The position numbers and the translations under genes were made by a program. A model generated the notes under the pieces. That model saw only the letters and a program-made list of their open reading frames with translations. It searched no databases and had not been told where the DNA came from. A stretch of DNA of 64,000 bases from Deltaproteobacteria bacterium (GTDB lineage: Bacteria; Desulfobacterota; Binatia; Binatales; Binataceae): positions 10,905-74,904 of the forward strand of contig PNBD01000044.1 of the NCBI GenBank assembly GCA_003135855.1. The letters run 5' to 3'. Numbering within the stretch: position 1 is the stretch's first letter; every line of letters begins with the position of its first letter. Of this stretch, positions 47,487-55,419 are shown one piece after another.

Positions 47487-47529
47487 TAGCCCTCCTTAGC
47501 TATTCACACGGTCCTTGAAATCTGGGCAT
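47487..47529 (+). repeat. 43-bp direct repeat, copy 2
   Basis: TAGCCCTCCTTAGCTATTCACACGGTCCTTGAAATCTGGGCAT. Confidence 0.95.
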
Positions 47530-47579
47530 GATCATGGACTGCTCGTGGGTCGTCGCGGCCCTTTAGATCGGGGAGACAA

Positions 47580-48701
47580 ATGAGCTCAAGCAAGTTGCGC
47601 AGATTCTTGATCGCGTTCGCGCGATGGTTCGATACTTCGGCCGGCGGCACACCGGAGTCCGACGGTCTACAGAAAACAGATTGGCTGCGATGCATCCCGT
47701 TCGCGCTCGTGCACCTGATGTGCCTCGGCGTGATTTGGGTCGGATGGAGTCCGATTGCGGTTGCGGTCGCAGTCGCGCTGTATTTCGTGCGGATGTTCGC
47801 GATCACCGGATTCTATCACCGCTATTTTTCGCATCGGACGTTCAAGACTTCGCGCTTCGCACAATTTCTGTTCGCCGTGATGGGCGCGACCTCGGCGCAA
47901 CGCGGCGCGCTCTGGTGGGCGTCGCATCATCGGTTGCACCATCAACGATCCGATGAGGAATCCGACGTTCATTCGCCGCGCCAGCACGGCTTCATCTGGA
48001 GTCACATTGGATGGATCACGTCGGAGTCGAACTTCCGCTCCGAGCTGCAGGTGGTGCGCGATCTCGCGAAATATCCGGAGCTGATGTTCCTCGATCGCTT
48101 CGACATCCTGGTGCCGACGGTGCTCGGGTTCTCGCTCTTCGGGTTGGGTGCGATGCTCGAGCGGTATGCGCCTGGTCTCCATACCAGCGGCGCGCAGATG
48201 CTGATCTGGGGCTTCTTCATTTCAACCGTCGTGCTGGCACACGGCACCTTCACGATCAATTCGCTTGCGCACGTGATTGGCCGCCGGCGCTTCGAGACCG
48301 GCGACGACAGCCGCAACAGTTTCGCGCTCGCGATGGTGACGCTCGGCGAAGGCTGGCACAACAATCACCATCATTTTCCCGCGGCGGCGCGCAACGGATT
48401 TTTTTGGTGGGAGATCGACATCACTTATTACGTTTTGAAGATGCTGGCCGCGTTGGGAATCATCTGGGAGCTCAGGCCGGTGCCCGAGCAACTGCTATAT
48501 GAAGATCGCGTAGTGCCTGTGCCGCGGAAGATTCCGATTGGCCGTACAGCCGCTGCGGGCCATGCGGTCGCACCGGCGAATCGCGAGCCGAACGCCGAAT
48601 GGCGAAGCGCTGCGGCCTCGACGCTGCAAGACGCGGCGGCGAAAGTAGCGCCGCTCGCGCGACTCGGCAGCGCGGCGACGGAGCCAGAAGCGGCCGGCTG
48701 A
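47580..48701 (+). CDS. Acyl-CoA/acyl-lipid delta-9 type desaturase
   Basis: His boxes HRYFSH, HRLHH, GEGWHNNHH. Confidence 0.93.
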   Translation: MSSSKLRRFLIAFARWFDTSAGGTPESDGLQKTDWLRCIPFALVHLMCLGVIWVGWSPIAVAVAVALYFVRMFAITGFYHRYFSHRTFKTSRFAQFLFAVMGATSAQRGALWWASHHRLHHQRSDEESDVHSPRQHGFIWSHIGWITSESNFRSELQVVRDLAKYPELMFLDRFDILVPTVLGFSLFGLGAMLERYAPGLHTSGAQMLIWGFFISTVVLAHGTFTINSLAHVIGRRRFETGDDSRNSFALAMVTLGEGWHNNHHHFPAAARNGFFWWEIDITYYVLKMLAALGIIWELRPVPEQLLYEDRVVPVPRKIPIGRTAAAGHAVAPANREPNAEWRSAAASTLQDAAAKVAPLARLGSAATEPEAAG

Positions 48702-48702
48702 G

Positions 48703-49992
48703 ATGGCGAAGTCCGGTTCAATCGTCGCGTCGGGCGTCGACGCGGCGCGCACTCGACGTCCCGCAGTAATCGACCGTTTCGCGCGCGGCGCAGTGCTCGC
48801 GCGCCTGCAAGGCCTCAAGCGCGACCGACTCGTAGTCGAAGATCGCGAACTCCCTGAAACGCGCGTCTTCGGCCAGGATTCATCCTCGGCCGAACTGCGC
48901 GCGACGATCCGCGTTCACGACCGCCGCTTCTACTCCGACCTCGCGCTCGGCGGGAGCATCGGCGCCGGCGAAGCGTACATGGCGGGCTCGTGGACCACTG
49001 ACGATCTCACGTCGCTAGTGCAGATCATGATTCGCAATCGCGAGGTGATGGAGGCGATGGACTCCGGGCTTGCGCGCCTGGCGAATCCGGTGCGGAAACT
49101 GCTGCACTACCTGAATCGCAACACCAAAGACGGCAGCGCGCGCAACATCGCCGCGCATTACGATCTCGGCAACGATTTCTTCGAGCTGATCCTGGATCGC
49201 ACGCTGATGTACTCGTGCGCGATTTTCGAACGCCCCGATGCGACCCTGGAAGAAGCCGCGCTCGCCAAGGTGGAACGAATTTGTCGCAAGCTCGAATTGC
49301 GGCCGAGCGATCACCTGGTTGAGATCGGCACCGGCTGGGGCGGGTTCGCGATCCATGCGGCGAAGAACTACGGATGCCGCGTCACGACCGCGACGATCTC
49401 GCGCGCGCAGCATGATTACGCCATCAAGCGCATCGCGGCGGAGGGCCTGCAGGATCGCATCACGGTGCTGCTCAAGGACTATCGCGATCTGGAGGGACAG
49501 TTCGACAAGGCGGTGTCGATCGAGATGATCGAAGCAGTCGGACATCATTTCGTCGATTCGTATTTCCGCAAATGCGGCGAGCTGTTGAAGCCGGATGGGG
49601 TGATGCTGCTGCAAGCGATCACGATCGCGGACCAGTACTACGAGAACGCGCTGCGCACCGTCGATTTCATCAAGAAGTACATCTTCCCGGGCAGTTTTAT
49701 CCCGTCGGTGACGGCGATTTGCGATTCAATCACGCGCGCGAGCGATCTGCGGCTGTTCCATCTTGAGGATCTGACGCCGAACTACGCGGAGACGCTCAAG
49801 CACTGGCGGCTCAGGCTATTCCAGCATCTCGATCGCGTGCGCGCGCTCGGCTATCCGGAGGAATTCATCCGGATGTGGGAATTTTACCTTTGCTACTGCG
49901 AGGGCGGCTTCCGCGAGCGTTATATCGGCGACGTGCAGATGATACTGACCAAGCCCGCCTCGCGCCGCGCCCCGCTCCTGCCCAGCTTGTAG
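48703..49992 (+). CDS. cfa: Cyclopropane-fatty-acyl-phospholipid synthase family methyltransferase
   Basis: NIAAHYDLGNDFF, MYSCA.F, EIGTGWGG, SIEMIEAVG, FI.KYIFPG, RMWEFYL.YCEGGF. Confidence 0.9.
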   Translation: MAKSGSIVASGVDAARTRRPAVIDRFARGAVLARLQGLKRDRLVVEDRELPETRVFGQDSSSAELRATIRVHDRRFYSDLALGGSIGAGEAYMAGSWTTDDLTSLVQIMIRNREVMEAMDSGLARLANPVRKLLHYLNRNTKDGSARNIAAHYDLGNDFFELILDRTLMYSCAIFERPDATLEEAALAKVERICRKLELRPSDHLVEIGTGWGGFAIHAAKNYGCRVTTATISRAQHDYAIKRIAAEGLQDRITVLLKDYRDLEGQFDKAVSIEMIEAVGHHFVDSYFRKCGELLKPDGVMLLQAITIADQYYENALRTVDFIKKYIFPGSFIPSVTAICDSITRASDLRLFHLEDLTPNYAETLKHWRLRLFQHLDRVRALGYPEEFIRMWEFYLCYCEGGFRERYIGDVQMILTKPASRRAPLLPSL

Positions 49993-50132
49993 TTGCCGGC
50001 CTTCTCTTCTGTCCGTCGGTTTTTCGGAGACGACTCTTCTAAATCAAGCGTGCCCGATGGCGAGCTTTCGCGAGCCGCGAGCGCAGCGAGCCCCGAGCCG
50101 CAACGGAGTGGAGGCAAGGGAATCAAGATGAG

Positions 50133-50171
50133 TTGACAACAGCGATAACCAGATGATAATTATTACCATCT
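50133..50171 (+). promoter_or_regulatory. Sigma70 promoter overlapped by a Fur/Per box
   Basis: TTGACA (50133-50138), N16, GATAAT; 10-1-10 inverted repeat AGATGATAAT-T-ATTACCATCT (50151-50171), one mismatch from the 7-1-7 TGATAATnATTATCA box. Confidence 0.8.
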
Positions 50172-50175
50172 AGGA

Positions 50176-50703
50176 ATGGAACTACAGCTGGTAAATGAGC
50201 GACGACGCCCGGCCTACGCCGCGCAGCGCCTGGCCGAATTCGCCGAGCGCTGCCGCGCGGGCGGCCTGGCCGTGACGCCGCAGCGCATAGCGATTATCAA
50301 GGTGCTGCTTGATTCGGCGGAGCATCCGCGCGCCGACGCGATTTGCGCCGCGGTGCGCAAGCAGCATCCCCATGTCTCGCTCGCCACCGTTCATCGCACG
50401 CTCGAGACGCTGTGCGAGATCGGCGAGGCGCGCAAGGTCACGATGCTGCATGACAGCGCGCGCTACGACGGCAATCTTACGCCGCATCATCACGTGGTGT
50501 GCATCAAGTGCCGCTGCATCAGGGACATCGAAATTCCCCAGCTCGATCGGATCCTTGCGGGCCGCTCGGAACTGGGCGAATTCACGGTGCTCGGATCGTC
50601 GCTGGAGATTCACGCGCTGTGCGAACGATGCGGGGCGAAAGCCGCGAAGCGCGCAACCGGCGGAGTCGGTCGCAGCCAGCGCAAGCAAAAATCATCGAAG
50701 TAA
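50176..50703 (+). CDS. perR: Fur family regulator, PerR-like
   Basis: VTPQR.AI, EHP.A, SLATV.RTL, RYD....HHH.VC.KC..I.D, C-terminal CERC; heads a rubrerythrin operon. Confidence 0.82.
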   Translation: MELQLVNERRRPAYAAQRLAEFAERCRAGGLAVTPQRIAIIKVLLDSAEHPRADAICAAVRKQHPHVSLATVHRTLETLCEIGEARKVTMLHDSARYDGNLTPHHHVVCIKCRCIRDIEIPQLDRILAGRSELGEFTVLGSSLEIHALCERCGAKAAKRATGGVGRSQRKQKSSK

Positions 50704-50725
50704 TTCAGCCAACAGGGAGAAGAAC

Positions 50726-51142
50726 ATGCCAAGTCTGAAAGGAACCAAGACCCATACAAATCTCAAAAACGCTTTTGCCGGCGAGAGCCAGGCCAACCGC
50801 CGCTATCTCTATTTCGCGAAAATCGCGGACATCGAGGGCCAGCCGGAAATCGCCGGACTGTTCCGCGACACCGCCGAAGGGGAGACCGGTCACGCGCACG
50901 GCCATCTCGATTATCTGAAACAGGTCGGCGACCCGGCGACCGATTTGCCGATGGGCGATTCGGCGCTGAATCTCAAGTCGGCGGTGCACGGCGAGACCCA
51001 CGAATACACCGACATGTATCCCGGCATGGCGCGCACCGCGCGCGAGGAAGGCTTCGACGAGATCGCCGACTGGTTCGAGACGCTCGCCAAGGCCGAAAAG
51101 TCCCACGCTGGACGTTTCGCCAAGGCGGCCACAACGCTCTAG
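50726..51142 (+). CDS. rbr: Rubrerythrin, short form lacking the rubredoxin domain
   Basis: [41 protein letters not shown]; RBS AGGGAG. Confidence 0.93.
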   Translation: MPSLKGTKTHTNLKNAFAGESQANRRYLYFAKIADIEGQPEIAGLFRDTAEGETGHAHGHLDYLKQVGDPATDLPMGDSALNLKSAVHGETHEYTDMYPGMARTAREEGFDEIADWFETLAKAEKSHAGRFAKAATTL

Positions 51143-51316
51143 TTTTCCGCGGACAATCGAGTCCGTCCCGGGCATCGCAGGGTGACCCGGGACGGTGTCT
51201 CATCAAAAGGTCATCGATTTTCTCGTCGGGTTGTCGTGTTCAAGTTTCTTCAACGACTTATCCGAATCGGTGCCCGAGAATCCGTATCGTCGCGAAACTC
51301 CTGACCAGGTTGACTA

Positions 51317-52669
51317 ATGAGTGACCGCATCGAAGCCAAGCCCAGCGACGGGCTTTCCTACAACATGACCGAGCCCAAATATTGGGACCGCGCCGGGCTC
51401 AATAGAGAAATCGAGCGCGTTTTCGACATCTGTCACGGATGCCGGCTGTGCTTCAATTTGTGTCCGTCGTTCCCGGCGTTGTTCGAGGCGGCCGATCGCA
51501 ACGACGGCGATGTCCGCAAGCTGACCGCGGACGAGACCCATCGCGTAATCGAGCTTTGTTACGGATGTAAGCTGTGCGAGATCAAATGTCCCTACACGCC
51601 GCGTGACGGCCACGAGTTCCAGCTTGATTTTCCGCGCTTGATGATTCGCGCCAAGTCGGTCGGCGCCAAGGAAAACGGGATCGGGCTGCGCGAAAAAATC
51701 CTCGGCAATCCCGACTTACTCGGCAAGCTCGGCAACCTGACTCCGCGCCTCGCCAATTGGGGATGCCATCGGAAGTTTCAGCGCGTGATGATGGAAAAGG
51801 TGCTCGGGATTCATCGCGACAAGAAGCTGCCCGATTTCGCCGGAGAGACTTTCGACAAGTGGATAGCGCGAACGGGTCTGCCGCCTGAACCCGCCGAGCC
51901 GGCCGCCAAAGTTGCGCTTTTTCCGACCTGCTTCGTGAACTACTACAATCCCGGACCGGGCAAGGCGGCGGTCGAAATCTTCGCGAAAAACGGATGCGCG
52001 ATCAAATACCCGAAGCAGAACTGTTGCGGGATGCCGGCGCTCGACGGCGGCGATGCCGACTTCGCGCGGAAGGAAGCGCGCGCCAATGTCGACGCGATGC
52101 TGCCGCTGGTGCGCGATGGCTACAAAATCGCGGCGATCAACCCGACCTGCTCGCTCACGATGCGCAAAGAGTATCTGAATTTGCTGCCCGGCGATGAGGT
52201 GAAGGAGTTCGCCGCGGCCGTGGTCGATCCAAGCGAGCTGCTTTACCGGCTCCGGCGCGAGGGCAAGTTCAACAGCGATTTTCGATCGACCCCGGTGAGC
52301 GTTGCCTACCACGTTCCATGTCACTTGAAGGCGCAAGGAATTGGCTTTCGCTCGCGCGATCTGATGCGTCAGATTCCGGGCGTGCAGATCGCGACTGTCG
52401 AGGCATGTACGGCGCATGACGGTTCATGGGCGATGAAAAAAGAATTCTTCGAGCTATCGATGAAATGGGGCGAGAAGGCATTTTCGGCGATGCGCGACGC
52501 CGACGCGCGCGTGATGGCGAGCGATTGCCCACTGGCGGCGGTGCAAATCGAGCAGGCCACTGGTGTCCGGCCGATGAATCCGCTCGAGGTGCTGGCTCGC
52601 GCGTATGAAATAGATGGTTTCGCTGACGCCGTGTCGCCACCGGAGCCGAACAAGGACGATGAGGCATGA
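51317..52669 (+). CDS. Rubrerythrin-associated Fe-S oxidoreductase (GlpC/CCG-domain)
   Basis: CHGCRLCFNLCP, CYGCKLCEIKCP, QNCCGMP, YHVPCH. Confidence 0.9.
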   Translation: MSDRIEAKPSDGLSYNMTEPKYWDRAGLNREIERVFDICHGCRLCFNLCPSFPALFEAADRNDGDVRKLTADETHRVIELCYGCKLCEIKCPYTPRDGHEFQLDFPRLMIRAKSVGAKENGIGLREKILGNPDLLGKLGNLTPRLANWGCHRKFQRVMMEKVLGIHRDKKLPDFAGETFDKWIARTGLPPEPAEPAAKVALFPTCFVNYYNPGPGKAAVEIFAKNGCAIKYPKQNCCGMPALDGGDADFARKEARANVDAMLPLVRDGYKIAAINPTCSLTMRKEYLNLLPGDEVKEFAAAVVDPSELLYRLRREGKFNSDFRSTPVSVAYHVPCHLKAQGIGFRSRDLMRQIPGVQIATVEACTAHDGSWAMKKEFFELSMKWGEKAFSAMRDADARVMASDCPLAAVQIEQATGVRPMNPLEVLARAYEIDGFADAVSPPEPNKDDEA

Positions 52670-53253
52670 AACCGATAACCTTCGACCAGACACTCGCGCT
52701 GGCGGATTACGAACGCGTCCGTGAGCTTTTGCGACCGCTGTTGATTCACGCCAAAGAACGACGCCGATTGGCGGTCGGTTCCCATCTGACGTTTCTATTC
52801 GAGAACAACCAGACGGTCTGGTACCAGATTCAGGAAATGATCCGCACGGAAAAGATGACGACGCGCGAAGCGATTCAGCATGAAATCGATACCTACAACG
52901 AAATCCTGCCGGGCAGCGACGAACTGGTCGCCACGATGCTGATCGAGTATGGCGAGCCGCGCGAACGCGACGCCGCGCTCAGGCGCCTGGTCGGGCTGGA
53001 ACGTCATCTGTGGCTTAAGGTCGCGGGGAAAAAAATCGCGGCGAAGTTCGACGATCGCCAGATGTCAGACGAGCGGGTCAGCGCCGTTCAGTTCGTGCGC
53101 TTTCCGCTCGAGGGTCTCGGGGCCGCCGGGATGATCGAACTCGCGGGCAGGGGCGAAATCGCGATCGAAGTCGATCATCCGGCGATGGCGGCGAGCAGCG
53201 CGTTCAGCCCGTCGCTGGGCGGGGCGCTGGCGGAGGATTTGCGCCAGTCGTAA
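52666..53253 (+). CDS. DUF3501 family protein
   Basis: FLFEN..TV.YQIQEM.R.E, E.D.YN...P, ATM.IE, SAVQFVRF; canonical context after rbr and the Fe-S oxidoreductase. Confidence 0.88.
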   Translation: MKPITFDQTLALADYERVRELLRPLLIHAKERRRLAVGSHLTFLFENNQTVWYQIQEMIRTEKMTTREAIQHEIDTYNEILPGSDELVATMLIEYGEPRERDAALRRLVGLERHLWLKVAGKKIAAKFDDRQMSDERVSAVQFVRFPLEGLGAAGMIELAGRGEIAIEVDHPAMAASSAFSPSLGGALAEDLRQS

Positions 53254-53293
53254 CTCGATTGCCCGGGCCTCAGACGCGGTTCGCAGAAACACA

Positions 53294-53338
53294 AACGCCG
53301 AACCCGGTTGCCCGGATTCGGCGTTCGTTTTTTCTTTT
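53294..53338. terminator. Intrinsic terminator, probably bidirectional
   Basis: AACGCCGAACCCGG-ttgc-CCGGATTCGGCGTT followed by T-run. Confidence 0.78.
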
Positions 53339-53349
53339 ATGCGGCCTGA

Positions 53350-54588
53350 TTAATCAACAGGAGGGGGGTGCGGAACCGCAAGGCCGGTCGGCAGATGGAG
53401 GCCCGTGGCGCCGCCCTGAACCCTCACGTTAAAACGCGGTGAACCGCCCGCTTCCAACTGGCCGAAATCATTGTCGTACATCAGGAAGCTGTTCCGGCCG
53501 TTGATCGCAACGTACACCTCGTCTCCGTTAGAATCGATGCCCATCGGGGAGTGCAACCACCTTCCGCTAATAGTCGCAACCAACGTACCGAAGAAAGTAT
53601 CGGTATCGAAAACCTGGATCGTGTTGGTGCCAGCGTCGGTGACGAAAATCTCACCGTCGCTCTCGCCATCTACCGCAACGAATTCCCCGCCCGTCGCGGA
53701 CAAAACCCCGCTGCCGATGATGTTATCGGGAAACGCGTCTCCGCTTGCATCGTCGGCATAAGAAGTAACGTACCCGAAGAGGCTATTGACTACCCACAGC
53801 TTACCGGTCGAGTCGGAAGCAAGGCCGGTCGGTCCGCCCAGGAACGACAAGCATCCGCCGATGGTCGCATTCTCGAGCACACCGGGCGGAATCGGCGGTA
53901 TGGCGAGGACGACTGGCGAGTTGTTGAGTGGGATTACGTCGCCGCTATCACCCTCAAAGAATTCAGTGATGGTTCCCAAGCTGAAGCCAGCGCCGCCCTC
54001 CGACACTGGCGCGCAAATTCCGATACCCGAATCGGGCGCGATGACGACGCCGAGTGTGTTCGCGACTGCGAAAATTCCGTCTTCATCGTCGCCCTGAAGG
54101 AAGACCGTGCCGGTGGGATTATTGTTACCAGTGTCGGGCCCAATGATTACGGCCGAAGGCGCCGAATTACCGGTCGAGCCGGCACCGAACTGCAGAATGT
54201 CATTGGCGAGTTGGTTCCCCACCGCGATGTCCTGTAGATCCGGGCTGATCGCAACTCCCGAGACACCGTCGAAGCCCGGGGCATGACCAATGATCTGGTG
54301 GAGCGGCTTGTTATTGCCGGCGGAGCCCGGAGCAAACGTCGAAACGCTGCCGCCGAAGAGGGCTCCGTTGTTGCCCACCACCACGAGGTCTTCCGTGCAT
54401 TTATCGTCTAAACTGCAATTCTTCGCGTAGCTGCTGGTGGTCGTCATCGCCAGCAATACCGCAGCCGAGAATATCGCCACCACAACTGAGAAGGGGCGAG
54501 CGAACTCGGCAAATCTTAGCGCGGCTCTGTGCGCCAATGAGCTTCCGTCCCTAACCTGCGTCACCGTCTGCATTCTTCCTTGCGTCAT
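53350..54588 (-). CDS. Secreted acidic NHL-like beta-propeller hypothetical protein
   Basis: Signal segment; about six repeats of (V/I).(T/E/Q)(F/Y)..G..G(N/D)..P...I.G and P.G(L/I)A; start uncertain. Confidence 0.72.
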   Translation of the reverse strand: MTQGRMQTVTQVRDGSSLAHRAALRFAEFARPFSVVVAIFSAAVLLAMTTTSSYAKNCSLDDKCTEDLVVVGNNGALFGGSVSTFAPGSAGNNKPLHQIIGHAPGFDGVSGVAISPDLQDIAVGNQLANDILQFGAGSTGNSAPSAVIIGPDTGNNNPTGTVFLQGDDEDGIFAVANTLGVVIAPDSGIGICAPVSEGGAGFSLGTITEFFEGDSGDVIPLNNSPVVLAIPPIPPGVLENATIGGCLSFLGGPTGLASDSTGKLWVVNSLFGYVTSYADDASGDAFPDNIIGSGVLSATGGEFVAVDGESDGEIFVTDAGTNTIQVFDTDTFFGTLVATISGRWLHSPMGIDSNGDEVYVAINGRNSFLMYDNDFGQLEAGGSPRFNVRVQGGATGLHLPTGLAVPHPPPVD

Positions 54589-55042
54589 TGTGTCTAACCC
54601 CCGCCGAGTCAATCGGTGTCCCACCTGCTGGCCTAAGTCAGTCTCGAAAACCAACGCGGCATCTGTTCCTCCCCAGCCTCGGCCGCGAATCGAGACTGGC
54701 AGTCCTCCGGAAATTCATCCGGACTACAGCGTTCGGTCGTCGTACCTACACTGAATGGATGACAAATTCAAGTGCAACGTAATCGGAAGTTAATGTTCCT
54801 TCACGAAGCGCCGAACCGCGTCCATTTGGAAGCCGACGAGTATCGCGAGCAACCCTTGCGCGCTGAGGACTATCAAAGCGTACGGGGAGAATCGAATTGC
54901 CATGGAGTACTGTGCCGCGGGTTTAAGCATCTTGCCGCCCGAAGTTGCACCGGCGGTTTTCTCCAATCGTTCGCGCGGGCCGGCGCATCTCCAGGGTGGG
55001 TGCGGGCGCGATCTCCAGACTTGCCTTCTGGAACCCGACGAG

Positions 55043-55090
55043 CGGACTTTTTCCTACGGACGTTTCTTACGGACTTTATCTTACGGACTT
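55043..55090 (+). repeat. Short tandem repeat, 13-14 bp x 3.5
   Basis: CGGACTTTTTCCTA CGGACGTTTCTTA CGGACTTTATCTTA CGGACTT. Confidence 0.8.
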
Positions 55091-55419
55091 CCGGCCGAGC
55101 GAGATCGGGTCGGGCCATTTGGGCGGTCACCGACGTGCGATCACCGAAACGCCGCGACACACGTGCCGACCGATCGCCGCCATCCCTTCACGTAGTTGCG
55201 AGGCGTTAGTTTTGAGCGACGGCCGGCTCCGGAGCCAGAGCTGATTGTTGCGCTCGTGTGAACGCGGCGTACTGCCTTCTTGACAAGGGGCACGGGGGAA
55301 TGGTAGCTAAGCCGCGTTCGTAGGTTCCTATCGAGCGATCGGGGGAAGAGCGCTCCGATTGCGGGGTAAGACGAGGATTCTGACGAAACCACGAGGGCTC
55401 CAACGGCTTGGGGGTGCTT

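Larger units (their letters stand above)
45957..47529. mobile_element. Direct-repeat-bounded cassette carrying a Fic gene and a small basic ORF
   Basis: Two 43-bp direct repeats 1530 bp apart; interior visibly more AT-rich; no recombinase inside. Confidence 0.6.

Noticed and set aside
45957-47529. Direct repeats as a CRISPR array, integron attC sites or Xer dif sites
   Set aside because: Only two copies 1.5 kb apart, no cas genes, no RYYYAAC/GTTRRRY ends or long palindrome, no 11-6-11 dif pattern
50060-50125. REP-like GCGAGC-rich sequence between cfa and perR
   Set aside because: Single copy in the window; cannot be supported as a repeat family from this sequence alone
54772-55209. 145-aa ORF in the long intergenic region
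   Set aside because: Arg/Ser-rich, no RBS, atypical codon usage, crosses a non-triplet tandem repeat
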